A DNA stretch of 60,528 nt, the filler included, from Sphacelaria rigidula (taxonomy: Eukaryota): NCBI GenBank assembly GCA_964200075.2. It is 10 parts of 10 records of this genome, joined end to end, with 100 filler letters (N's around TTAATTAATTAA, not from the genome) between each part and the next. Parts side by side here need not be neighbours in the genome. Positions count along the whole stretch, not along the records: positions 12,127 to 18,089 come from CAXNAA020023170.1; positions 18,190 to 24,152 come from CAXNAA020023171.1; positions 24,253 to 30,215 come from CAXNAA020023172.1; 7 more parts are not named here. One strand, 5' to 3'. A program made the position numbers and the translations under genes. Under the pieces are notes generated by a model. That model made no database searches. It saw only the letters and a program-made list of their open reading frames with translations, and had not been told where the DNA came from. Of the stretch, positions 12,455-24,739 are shown piece by piece (position 1 is the stretch's first letter; each line of letters begins with the position of its first letter).

Positions 12455-13504
12455 CTACCGCCGCGGCCTCGTCTTCACTTCGGACGCCCCAGGTTTTGGC
12501 TGAACACGCATGGGCTTTACGCGCGCAGGAGGATCACCCCGCAGCGCACGACGAAACGCGTTGACGCGGCAATACAATATGCCGCGCAGGCGCCCCGCTT
12601 CTGAGACGCTGAGGCCTTTCGCCACAGTCTCCGTCATGCTCTCCTCCAGCGCGAACTTCCGAGCGGACTCCTGTTCCGCCGGGTCCATGAACATATCTGG
12701 GCCGAGCTCTACTAAGCGTTCCACCGCCGCATCCCACTCCTCAGTCACCTGCCCCCCAGCCTCCTGAAAAGCATCCTTCGACAAGCTCATACGACGACTG
12801 CCCAAAAAGGCGGGCGTCTCCACATGCGGACCAGGCGGAGACATCCGCGTCTTGATGGGGTCCTTCAACCGCTCATACGGGTCGACTCCTAGATTCTGTA
12901 GCATCGGCAGCCCCACAAGAACAACGACATCCGACCCTGGCATAATCGCAAACGAGATCGGAGGCAACGGCGCCAGCCCCCAAGCAGTCTTGAACGCTAG
13001 CTGCAACGGAACAGTACGCTCCGTGACTGAAACATGCTGATCCGACGCGGTGACCGCCTGCCGCGCCCCGAGCGAAAACGGCATGCGCAGCGGCACACCC
13101 GGGAGTTGACGCTCCAGCATTTCAACCATCTGCACCGGTAGACTAGTGAAATGGGCGCCAGGATCCAACACAGACCGAACCACAATGGCTCCACGCTGCC
13201 GTTGATTCGTAAGGTATAACTCCGCCGGAATATATCTGTTGGCAAGCTCCACGGAAACTTCTTCCGCTGATCTATGCGCCGCTAATCCCACTTGACGCCA
13301 CGGCTGCGCAGGCGAAGACGCCCCGGCAGGTTCAAATGGCACCACCGGTGGGTACGCCCCCCAGCCAGCAAACCAAGAGTTTGGCGACCCTTCAACCAGC
13401 GCGTCAACAGGCGCCAGGCCTGGCGCTGCTGCCGGTGTCGCCGCCGGCGCCACCACCGGCGCCGGCGCCGTATTCGACACTGTATAAGTTGGGCTCACAT
13501 GCAC
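12455..13504 (-). pseudogene. Gypsy aspartic protease and pre-RT region
   Basis: VLDPGA (degenerate DSG/DTG), AIMPGSDVVVLVG and GDPPARVKPMRVQ are colinear with 43770-45071. Confidence 0.8.
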
Positions 13505-14524
13505 CGCCGGTTGCGGAGCAGGAGCACCTACGGCGGCGCCGGACCCAGAGCCAGCTCCATGCTGACGCCCCCTGCTGCTGCTGGTCCTGCTGCTGCTGGT
13601 CCTGCTGCTGAGGGCTCACCTGCGACCCTCTATCGCCGGAGGATCCGCCGCCGCCACCACGATTACCTCGTCTTTTGCCCTTGTGCTGACGATGCTGATG
13701 GCACGCGGCATGAGACTGCCCAGACTCTCCCCCGGAAGATGTTGGGTAATCGCGCGCGTAATGGCCGACCTGACCACAGCGGTGGCAAGTGATACTCGCG
13801 GCGCGACCGGCCGATTTCGAGCATGATTGCGCAAAGATTTCGGCGAAGAGGTGGACGACTGGCCGAACACCTCTATTTTCCGCCACTGCTTGGCCTCGGC
13901 CACGACGGTGCTCATCACCAGGTAAGGGTCGACCTTCCAGTCTGTTTGGTGCTTCAGCTTGATGAGCACGGCTTGCTTGAAATTTTCCGGTGCCAACCGC
14001 TCCACCAAAGCCTTGGTGATTACTGCTGCCGGGCCGGGAATGAACTCACCATCGGGGGAATGATATACTAGTTCCATGTTCGGATTTTTCGTCAAGTACT
14101 TCTCCACATTGGCCAAGATGGGCTCCACCCGCTCCAACATCGTTTCCCCCCGAGAATCCATGACGACAGCTTTCGCCACGGCCACGGACGCTTGGGTCAG
14201 ATCTACCTCGGCGCCCGCCGCATGCCCAGCATGCTTTGTGATCACCGCAACCAATTGCGGCGAGGTGATAGTGCTTTCATGATGTTCCAAACAAGCGAAC
14301 ACTCTCTGTACATGAGTTGGCACTTGTTGAGCCATTGTCACCACCTGATGCCGCACCGCACCTCCTGCATTAGCGTGCTCCGCACGCTTCTTGTATTCCA
14401 AATATCTCGTGTAAAAAGTGCGAAATGCACTCTCTGAGTACCTGTCCCCGTATTGGGGAGGTCGCAACTCTTTCCGCAAGACCACGGGTGTCACGGTGGA
14501 CGTACCTCGTGAGCCGGTAGCCAC
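13404..14524 (-). pseudogene. Gypsy gag with zinc knuckle (frameshifted)
   Basis: 302-aa ORF with an overlapping frame carrying CHRCGQVGHYARDY (last Cys mutated), followed by Gly/Gln-rich sequence; homologous to 46093-47179. Confidence 0.85.
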
Positions 14525-14836
14525 AGCTGTAGCTGTAACCGGCTACCTGCAAACTCTCATAGGCCAGCGGACTTTCGTGAATTGCACACTTCCTTGCCTC
14601 GTCGCCGCACCACACAGTGGTAGGAGCCTCCAAACTCCCGCTGCACGCAGCTTCAGCAAGTCTCCAGTCTGGATCAATCACACACAGGCCAGCCACCTTT
14701 GTGCAACCGCCTCAGCTGGAACCCTCTCCACACGTCCGTGGGTTATCAGGATTCCACAGCTACCCAACTCCTTCCGCCGAATTCCTTTCTAGCAGGTTTC
14801 TAGCACCAACACTGGCACTAGCACTAATATCGATAT

Positions 14837-15085
14837 TGTGACGCCAGCTAGTGGAAGCACTGCTGATTCACTGCTGTTGAGGGACTCCCCAGTCTTACTG
14901 GCCTCAGTTGCAGTTGTCAGCCTTTACAACATTCTCATTGTTCAGGAGTGCCCTCGTAGGCACAGCCTCCTAGACACGCTGGGGTATCAACCTAGTGTCC
15001 GCGGTCATTATCCAGATTATCACTACCAATGGTCATTATCCAGATCATCACTACCAACTCAATATAACGGCGTTATTTCGTCACA
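14837..15085 (-). repeat. 5' LTR, family A
   Basis: TGTGACG...CGTCACA termini; similar to 5328-5581. Confidence 0.85.
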
Positions 15086-16919
15086 ACCCTAAAAACTCGT
15101 CAGATATTTCAAAAAGGATTTCGATTTGTCGATTCATTTTCTTAGCGGGAGAGCTTTCGCAAGACATTTGAAACTCCATCGTCCCCACGATTTCATTTAC
15201 GAACACCCACGGCTTGTCGATGTGGAACGGAACGGATAAGACCTCGAAACACTCCGATATCAAATGGCTACAAGTCTACTCTGAGATGACGTTTTTCCCG
15301 TCATATTTTTTCGGTCACCGGAGAACACAGATGCTTCAGTTTTTACATCAACTGTTTGGTCTCAAAAGCCCAACAATCATTTTCTCAAACTGATTTTCGA
15401 CGTACAACGGTCTGTTTGATTTGTCAGCTGGTAGCTATCACTGCGGAAACCGAAACAGACGCAAAGAAAGGTGTATTATCACTCATTAGACAGTGGATCC
15501 TGGAAATGAGGTCGATCTCAAAAATGAGGTTCAAGTGGGATATCTTTTTTGCAGGGATGACGCGAAACAGTTACACAGAGCGAAACCATCTTTCCCCCCA
15601 AAACTCTGCAACGGAGAATCAGTTGTGGCTAGGTGCACCGGACGAGTGCGGTTGACACGCGTGTCGATGACGATATCACCAGAGAGAGAAGCAACGACAG
15701 AGAGGAAGCTCCTCGCCCGTGTCCTTTGTGTGTCCTCGCTCGGCGATTACCAATCGCTCGAGAGACTGGCATCATGGATGTTACCAGCATGTACCGAATT
15801 CATGTGCCGGTAGGCATGTTACTATGTTGCTGCGCACAGCCGCCTGAAGAACATCAAGCTGCGGAGAGATTTCGTCTCTTCTTGTCTGTGGAGCTCATCG
15901 AATTTCTCATATGATTAAAATTAACAAGCAACTTTCGATTATTGTCAAGGAGGAGGTTGATCCATATTATGTCATTTGCCAAGAAGCTATTATAGATCAC
16001 CCCTCCCCCCCCCATCCCCCCGTCCCCCACAAGCAAACAACACACAGCGACTGGCTCCGCGGATGACGCTTGACAACTATGTCGCGCCCCGCAACACGTA
16101 TGTGGCATGCCATGTTTTACTGGACTACTTGATGTAGGCATCAGGCTGGTATACATGATCGTCGCGGAGTGATGTTGGCTGCTGACAAGGACACCGCAGC
16201 TGTCACTGGACAGTCGTGTGTTTGAGCATCATCTTTCACGCGGATCGACGTAGCGTTTGCGTACCTAGAGCCTTGTTCGTTGCGAATGACACGTGGTGCA
16301 ATCCCCTGCTACGGCGCTTCGATCTGCGCTGAGGATTGCATGAGATGCTGAACTGCGGCTGGTCCATCATTAGATTAGCACTGCTACAGTGCTGTGCTGT
16401 ATTTGTTTTCCCGACCAGAAACTGCAGTGACATTCATTTGGCAGACGTGTTCCGGCCATGTCTCGTCAATTTCCTGTGACTCGAACGACTTCGTGCGGCG
16501 GAATTGATTCAGTTCGTTTTGCTGTGTTGGATCTGAGCGCATCTGTACGGTGTGCATCGAACAGGCTAAACGAAATTCGTGAAGCGGTACTTGTTCACTT
16601 GTTTTCAGCCGACGTCAAAGTTCATGTGCGTACGAGTATCGTATATAGTGTTTCGCATAGCACGCAGGCGCTCCCTGCACTCTGCATACAGGACGATGAG
16701 GAGAAGATTTGAATCAAGTGTAGTTTTGCACTGCCTCTACTGTCCATGAGCTTGTTCGCAATTCGGTTGGCCACCCCAACATGCAACTCCGTCCGTGGAC
16801 CCCATCACGAAATTGGATACTGACGTTTTCGCCGACAAACAAAAACCGTCATGCCAAGATGGGTGCGGTGTCGATTCTCTTGTCACAGCAGGGTATGTAT
16901 CCCTGTGGTCAGCTCTTAA

Positions 16920-17018
16920 CCCTCAGACCGCGAGGTTAATCTTCTGTTGAATCGGCATCAATTTCAAGTGAAAAAAAGGTATGTATGATCCAGAAAGACT
17001 AACCTCGCGGTCGAAGGG
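16920..17018. mobile_element. piggyBac-type MITE (99 bp)
   Basis: TTAA|CCCTCAGACCGCGAGGTTA...TAACCTCGCGGTCGAAGGG|TTAA: CCC/GGG ends with a TTAA duplication. Confidence 0.8.
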
Positions 17019-17020
17019 TT

Positions 17021-17465
17021 AACACGGAACCTTACAAATTGGGGATGGATCCTTTTGGAGGGATGAAAAACCCGGAGAATTAAAATCTTCGTATCCACAC
17101 CAAATCTCCGATATATTGCTCCAATTCTTGACCTACTGATATCTATTGACAACTGCTACACGACATACAATTTTGGATCTCGATCACCAAAATGTTGGGG
17201 TCTTGGATGAAAAACCATTTTTGGGGAATTCTGGGTGCCCGAACGGACGCCAAAATGGTTCTGAAATTGGTTTTTCACCTAGGACCCCAACATTTCGGTG
17301 ATCGAGATTCAAATTTCTATGGCATATAGCAGTTGTGAATGGCAATCAGTAGGTGAAGAAGTGGAACAATATTTCGAAGAGTTGGTGTGAATACGAAGAT
17401 TTTAGTTCTCCGGGTTTCTCATCCCCAATGAAAAGATCCATCCCCAATTTGTAAGATCTCGTGTT
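17021..17465. mobile_element. Foldback element with ~190-bp arms, AACACG...CGTGTT ends, 4-bp TSD TCTT
   Basis: Long imperfect inverted arms; homologues at 22990-23446 and 55375-55746. The TCTT duplication is restored once the adjacent piggyBac MITE is removed. Confidence 0.85.
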
Positions 17466-17978
17466 TCTTGATCTGTGTTGCAGGGTTGAGCTAGTAGCTA
17501 CAAATGACCATGTGGGTTTTGCATAGGTCTGTAGAACGCTGGTACCTGGTATGATCGTCTGCAACAGGAGAAGCTATGTGTCGCTTCGTTTATTACGCTG
17601 CTCGTTTCGCTCGAAACAGTCGAGCTTTTGTTTACGACCCTGCCCGTCGCGCGCATTTGATTATAAAATGGACTTGAAGCTACCGGAGAACATGAATACC
17701 CCCACCCCCCTCCCCCGCCCGTCGTTGAACACGGTACAAACAGTCTGTACGTGCTTTTGTATAGTACAATGTTTGATACATTAGTCAACTGTTGAGAGCA
17801 TCGTCTCATGCGCACCGCTTCTTCCCCTCTGCTGTCTTCATTCATGAACTAGATGGACCTCACCGACGAAGACATCATCAAGCCTTGACAAGGCCCCGTT
17901 CGACCGCAGGATGAGCACCTGATCACCTACTCAACCATGCGGCTACCCACTACCTACACACAGTACGGATGTACGTAC

Positions 17979-18068
17979 TGTGACGGCTTAAGAGACTACC
18001 AACTAGACTAATGACAAGTCAGCGCTGACTTGTCATTAGTCTAGTTGGTAGTCTCTTAAGCCGTCACA
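17979..18068. repeat. Perfect 90-bp palindrome without a loop
   Basis: TGTGACGGCTTAAGAG...GTCAGC|GCTGAC...CTCTTAAGCCGTCACA. Confidence 0.9.
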
Positions 18069-21000
18069 AAAGTTAGTCGTGGGGGTTCANNNNNNNNNNN
18101 NNNNNNNNNNNNNNNNNNNNNNNNNNNNNNNNNTTAATTAATTAANNNNNNNNNNNNNNNNNNNNNNNNNNNNNNNNNNNNNNNNNNNNTCTTTTGTTTT
18201 TCTCTCGTTTGTTTTTTTCCGCCCGCGCTCGTGTTCCCCCTCCCTCCCCTCCCCTGTTAGTATTTGTTCTGTCCTTCAATCGTTTTTTTTTTCATAGTTC
18301 GGGCTCTCGTAGTTCGCGTTGGGTCGGATTTGGTTTCATCAAAGTTTCTTGTCTCTAAAGAAGAGTACACATTCACGTCTTTCCAGCTTTAATCCGGCTG
18401 CACGAAAGAGAAATACTCTTTTCAGGATGACTCGGTTGGTGGAAATCACAAATTTTATCGTCGCTGGAAATCAACAAATTATCCACCCTCCCCCAATAAA
18501 ACTTGGCTCTCGGTCGAAAGCATTTTCCTATCCGGCAGTGTTGACCGGAGGTCCGACGCTTACTGGCGGTTGCATGACTCGCAATGTATGTTGTATGTTG
18601 AGTCGCGACAGCCGATGGTCTTGAGCGTCGCAGTGTGAATTATCTGAGGACCTCGATGACGATGGATATTACTACTGTAGTTGAAGGGATCACGCCATCT
18701 ACAATGTCGTGCATCCGTTTTGGTGTTGTATGTGTCTGGTTCTCCATCGTTCGGCTGCCGCTACTACTTACTGTTGCTGTTGCTGTTTGTTTCTTCGTAG
18801 TTCGATGGTTGTCGCGTAAAAAAGACCTTATGCTCCTTCCCTTGATGATTGATGTTTTTTTTCTGTTATTCTTAAACTGTTCGCTTTGCGTTGTTGTGTT
18901 GGGGTTATCGACTACGCGCTTACTGATTGATTGATCTGATTTTTTTTTTTTTAATGGACACGAGGTGAGTATGTTTGTTGTAGAGATATGTGTATGGATT
19001 GGGTGATGGGTGCGACGAGAGGAAATAATGTTGTGATTTTTTTTGTCCCCGCGTGTCGTTCCATCTCTTCGATCGGTGGCGTGTACTAGTGGTGTTTGTT
19101 TTTTCATTTGTTTTCGGCGTTCATAAATTTAGCTTTCTGGATGTTGTTTGCAGCACATCTACTTGGCTAGAGGCCAACTTGAGGAAGTAGCTATTGCAGT
19201 AAGAAAAAGTGGAAGGGAACTTTGCTGTGTACCCCTCCCCACTTGGCTGCTATAGTACTAGGAAATTTTCCAGATATCTTTTTCGTCGCTTTGCTGTTGC
19301 GTCACAAGAAACAACCACAAACCTTTGAATATAATGGTGGTCGAAGACAATGTAGTGGCCTGATCAATGATTATTCATATTTCAAGCAATTCAGTGTGCT
19401 TGGGAGAGGCGAGAATCATTGCGCATGCATGGTCTGTGGAATCAGTACCGTACTGCTGTAGCTTTTGTAGCGTAGGAAGATCAACATGTTGGCGATACGG
19501 ATGAACGTTGGATGTAGTGTGAAGGGGGAGAGAAGTGGTGGAGTTGACCTCACTCAAGAACCTGGTCGTTGGTGGGTCGGAGGAGTATTATCGATGGTGA
19601 ATGAAATGGACATAGACGTTAGTCGTGAATATTAATGGTTGAACAAATGATGATGCGGTTTAGTGTGGATGGGGGAAAGGGGGTATGTAAGAAAGGCGGT
19701 GATGATGTATGCGGGATGAATGATGATGGAAGCACAAAAGTCGATACAAAACTAAGATCCAAAAATTGATTCGATTAGTTGTCGTACTATATATTGATCC
19801 CCGAGGGATCCAGCCGTGGTCACACGATGGACGTATCCACAAGACGAGACAAAATTAAAACACAATGAGGTCGGTTTGGACATTTTGCTATATGATATCT
19901 CGGCTAATTTCATATATTTTTTAGTTGTTCTTTCGCGTCAGATTCGAGGCGCCTCATTCGAGACCGCCAATTCCATTTCAGCTAAATTTTTAATAACCAG
20001 CAGCAGGTCAAAATTACCAACCCAACTTTGAAGCTCCGGTGAAAGATCTTCCGATAACTTCCCCTATTTAGACCTATTCAGATTGCTTTTGATCGCAGAT
20101 TCGGTCGACACACGGGACTGTCATTTCCCGTTTTTTTTAAAAACCAAATTGACCATCTCACGTCCCAAGCACGTGGGGTGAAATCACGAAATTACTACCT
20201 CACTCAGGCCGCTCCTTATAGCAGACAAAGAATATCAAAATCTAGAAAAGTGCCTTTTTGGAGCTTCTACGTTTTACGCCCTAAGAAAGAGCTTGGTGGA
20301 TTTTGACGTGAGGAATGCCTTGCGGTACTCGTTGAAACTGCTCCATCACGCCTGAGCGTTTTCCCGGTCGTGGCAGTTTTTTTCTTGCCCAAACTTACGT
20401 TTTCTCCCGGAGACTTTTCATTTTCTCGGAGACGGGTCCAAACAAGGTTTTCGTGAGAATGAGAGTAGAGCGTGGATTACGAGTGGTTTTTGTCATTCGC
20501 TTTAACTCAGGGATATCAACGACTTCGGTGTGAGGCTAATACAAAAATTATATCTTGCCTCGTGGAGGGTAATTTCGGAACTGACACGACTTATTCATCA
20601 ATTGACCGCTTCTCACTCCCCATCTCACGAAAACACTGTTTCCAGTCGACAAAAATTAGCGGACTTTCCCCCAGCTTTTGAAACCCGTTTTGATTCAATG
20701 GAAAAAGATGAAAAACTGAATTGTTGTTCAATTGTACAAGGATTGTAAAATTCGGTGTTGACGGTTTTTGTGCAGGCAGCCAGTAGAACAAAGAAAGCTT
20801 TCTCCGGGCTTGTTTGACGTACTACCGACTAACTAACCTGCTCCAAAGCTACTCTCAGGCACGATCTTCGCGGTGGCGCTTGACAGTGGGGGTCATAGAT
20901 GTAACGGCAAGTGGTTGATCATATAGAACACCCTTGCCCCTCGTGAAACCATATCTCGCCTCTGCTTAGTTAGGATGACTCTCCTCGCACGGGAATTTGT

Positions 21001-21082
21001 GAAAGACACACAGACAGACACAGACACACGCGGTGGGCTTTAGTGCCGTAAGCGCGCACAAAGGTTTTTGAGATTAGAATCA

Positions 21083-21499
21083 AACAGAGGATTCTATAAA
21101 ATGAGGTTCATCAATGAAATGAGGTTCGAGCTCAAAACAGTACTTTCTCCACACTTTAAGCGATGGTGCCCGATGACGTTTTTATCGGCCTAATGCCCCT
21201 CGATCGCGTAGATACTTTTTCTGCGCATTTTACCCACTATGTGAGCTTACAGCGCTGACCGAAACTGCTGTTTTACCTGGTATCACCCCCCTAAAAAATA
21301 AGTAGAAATGGCGGTTTCGGACAGCGCTGTAAGCTCACAGAGTCGGTAAAATGCGCTGAAGAAGTATCTACGCGATCAAGGGGCATTAGGTCGACAAGAA
21401 AGTCATTGGGCACCATCGCTGAAAGCGTGGAGAAAGTACTGTTTTGAGCTCGAACCTCATTTCATTGATGAACCTCATTATTTTACAGAATCCTCTGTT
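21083..21499. mobile_element. Foldback element with ~190-bp arms, AACAGAGG...CCTCTGTT ends
   Basis: Near-complete inverted symmetry; flanks ATCA/ATAA. Confidence 0.85.
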
Positions 21500-22094
21500 A
21501 TAAGCTTTTTTTTCAAAGCTTATTATAGCAAAGCTGCACGCTATCTAATTCGTTGGGACCCAACTCGAAAAAAATGAGGAAATCTCGCTCAAATCTTTCC
21601 ACTTTATTTTTGTTCGATCGAAAAGAAATGTTCCAAGAGACGCCCTGATGATGAGAACGAGAACCAAAAATCTTCAAGGAGAGCAATCGAAAACAAAACA
21701 AAATACTGGTCTATAGATCACAGGCACATATTCGTCGGCAGCAGCGGGACTACAATCAAACCAGCAGCTACAGCTATGCCAGTCGATGTCCACTTCTTCC
21801 CCGCCGTAACAAACCCGTCAAATAATCGGCCTCTCTCGTAAAACCTGCGGTAGTCGCAATGTACGGCACAGTAGTACATCACGTGGATACAAGTGTGTAT
21901 CATATCCAACACTTTCTTGATAAAAACAGCAGTCAGTAAACACGTACACACAGATTCACAAGTGCAGCCGTGTCTACCGTTGCCCCCTTGCACTTCAGCA
22001 ACTTTTCTTTGCACTGGGCTGCCGCTGCTTTGTTGGCCTCTATTATGGTATCGCGTGGAGAGCCTGGACCTCCGGGATGAAGGGCCTGTTGAGC

Positions 22095-22989
22095 CGAAGG
22101 AATATCAGTCAGTCGCTCCACCTTGCCGGTTGAGATCGAGCAATCGAGCTGCACGGGATGCCGGTAAGGAAATCAAGGGCTGAAAAGCTCCTTTCCGCCT
22201 GACAACTGGTAGACTCAATCCCGCTGAACTGCCGAGCAATGACCGCCAAATGCGACAGGGCTGCTTGGACATCACTCGTCTTATTATCGCGTTTACTGGC
22301 TGCGCTTCTACACTACCACCAGAACCCGAGAACGGAAATGTCGTTTTTCTCGGGGTGAACATCTCTCGCCAAACACATCCGCAGCTCCCTTTCAATAAAT
22401 ATCGCGGACCGCCTCACGGTAGTCTCCGGCGATGCGGCTGCTGGTATTTGACGCCTGAAACCTGGCGAGGCGCTCGCGTCGTCTCCTTTCCATGGTAAAA
22501 TCAACCTTTCTTCTTTCGCCTCTTTCAGGCGGCTCGATCTACCCCCCACTGCCATCACCTCCAGCGGCAGAGGAAGCCGACCCAACACCGAAGTCCGCGA
22601 AGGTCTTCGTGAAGTTCTTCATGACATCAATAGCAACGTTCTTTAGAGGTGAGCCACCGTTGATGAGGTGCTCTGCGGAGCAGTCTTTGCGCCGCGGATC
22701 TAGAAGCACGCAATATGCGCCCAACGGGCACCCTGGTCATTCCGAGCTCCTTTTTCAGCGTCGAGAAGAGCAGGACCTTCGAGCTGCGCGTTCCTTGACC
22801 ACATTGAGTTGCTTGATCTGCGCATTTGAACGAATCCGCATAGGATGCAGTGAAACGGCCACATAGATCACGGTGGGAGAGCGCTGCACCCTTCTTGCTT
22901 CCTTTCGCGAGTGACCTGCATCCATTCTCCCGTCCTGCTTCCTTGCTCGACTTCGGTTCAACAGCACCAACCTTTCAAATCTCGCTTCA
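22095..22989 (-). pseudogene. hAT-family transposase, degenerate C-terminal part
   Basis: Minus-strand translation gives LLDPRRK (~22690), FWW (~22320), HLAVIARQFSGIESTSCQAERSFSAL (~22176-22252) and KVERL, the order expected for a hAT dimerisation domain. Stops and frameshifts are present. Confidence 0.8.
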
Positions 22990-23446
22990 AACACGGGATT
23001 TTACAAAGTGGGGATGAATTTTCAATCGAGGATGGGAAATCCGGAGAATTGAAATCTTCGTATCCACACCAAATCTTTGAAATATAGTTCCACTATTTCA
23101 CCTACTGGTAGCTATTGACAACTAATACACGTTATACAAATTTTGATCCTGATAACCGACATGTTGGGGTCCTAGACGAAGAAAAAAAATGTTTTTTTGG
23201 ATGATCTGATCAGATCGCCGAAATTTCCCCCCCAAAATGCTTTTTCACTTAGGACCCCGACATTTCGGTTCTCGAAATCCAAATTTGCATGGCGTGTAGC
23301 AGTTGTCAATACTCGTAGCTACCATCAAGTGAAGAAATGAATGCTACAATTTCGGAAATTCGGTGTGCATACGAAAGTTTTAATTCTCCGGGTTTCTCAT
23401 CCTCAATAAAAAATCCATCCCCAATTAATTTGTCAAATTCCGTGTT
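22990..23446. mobile_element. Foldback element, AACACG family
   Basis: Homologous to 17021-17465; flanks TTCA/TCCA; abuts the hAT remnant. Confidence 0.85.
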
Positions 23447-23620
23447 TCCAGGGGAGTTCCCGTTGATCGACAATAATTACACACTTTAAAGAATTCTAAT
23501 AATTTTTAACATTTGATCACATGTTTTCTTCTCAATAAACGAGAGAAGATACCATTATTTACCTCCGCGTAGCAGGTATGTATCACGATAAACTATTTAT
23601 CTTGCGGGTACAACGCCTTG

Positions 23621-23881
23621 GACACTTTCTACGATAGCCCCCCCCCCCAAAAAAAGAGCATGGTTTTGGGAGGCAAAATCTTCACGTAAATTGAAATGGG
23701 AAAGGTCGAGCACAAACAACGAGAAGAAGCTGAGAATTCCCACACTTGGGTTAGTTCTAGCCAATGTCGCCAACACGAATCGCTTCGTGTAGCCTGAACC
23801 CGAACATCAGGCGCTGCATGGCAATTTTTTTCGTGACACTTTTAGCTGGTTTTGGGGGGGGCTATCATCGTAGAAAGTGTC
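23621..23881. mobile_element. MITE with GACACTTTCTACGAT TIRs, 4-bp TSD CTTG
   Basis: CTTG|GACACTTTCTACGAT...ATCGTAGAAAGTGTC|CTTG; second copy at 52708-52975. Confidence 0.85.
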
Positions 23882-24252
23882 CTTGGTAAACCTTAGACTT
23901 TGGCACCCTCTGTAAACATATCAAACATATATGAAGTAGTGCGTACGTGTTTAGTTCGGACATATCCATCGCTTCGTATATGCTACTGCTGCGACTGTGG
24001 ATCGTTTTGTCCATTGTTCAACTGTCAACATCGTGAAGTATGGCTGGATCGAATGTACCAAGATTTGCGTTATACGTTGGTCTGCTCTAAACAGCCAATC
24101 ATCTATGTTGAGGATGGTGCTTTTGATTGAGGATGAGAACCCGGAGGATTAANNNNNNNNNNNNNNNNNNNNNNNNNNNNNNNNNNNNNNNNNNNNTTAA
24201 TTAATTAANNNNNNNNNNNNNNNNNNNNNNNNNNNNNNNNNNNNNNNNNNNN

Positions 24253-24700
24253 CGCTACGGCCTTCAACAAAAACCCGGTTATGTCGCCCTCTTCGTCTCT
24301 TCATTGCGGTCAGTATGATACCATATATGCGACTTTTGGGTGCGTACGGCGGAAGGCATTTGCTGACGACACAATTTTGGGTGATCACCGTGAACCAGCC
24401 TGTACCTAATTCAGGCATGTCTTCAGAGTTCGATTTTCTGCTGCACGCTTGGCTGTCCTGTGCCTCGAGTGAGCAGAGTCCCAAGGGAGAGATACACAGT
24501 GAGTCGGTTTGCTCCTCCTTCGTGTATACACATGAGTGATTGGTATCGGCTCTAATTGAGTCGTGGATTTCTATGTATAACCCCTGATGCCAGAGAAGTA
24601 ACTCGTGAAATAAATCAGAAAAGGCTGGAACCTGGGAACAACTATCGGTAGGCACCATTCTCCGTTCACCACAAGGTGCCTCACCTATCCACTTGACACC
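24253..24700 (+). pseudogene. Degenerate non-LTR (LINE) RT fragment
   Basis: GLQQ..., VMSP and AFADDTIL (~24356) can be read in order across frameshifts. Confidence 0.4.
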
Positions 24701-24739
24701 CAATGCAGATATGGAATAACGGAGTTGACGATATTTCTT

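Larger units (their letters stand above)
12455..15085 (-). mobile_element. Truncated Ty3/gypsy element, family A (5' LTR, gag, protease, start of RT)
   Basis: LTR at 14837-15085, gag with CCHC knuckle and aspartic-protease-like region; homologous to the elements in 42442-47680. Confidence 0.9.
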
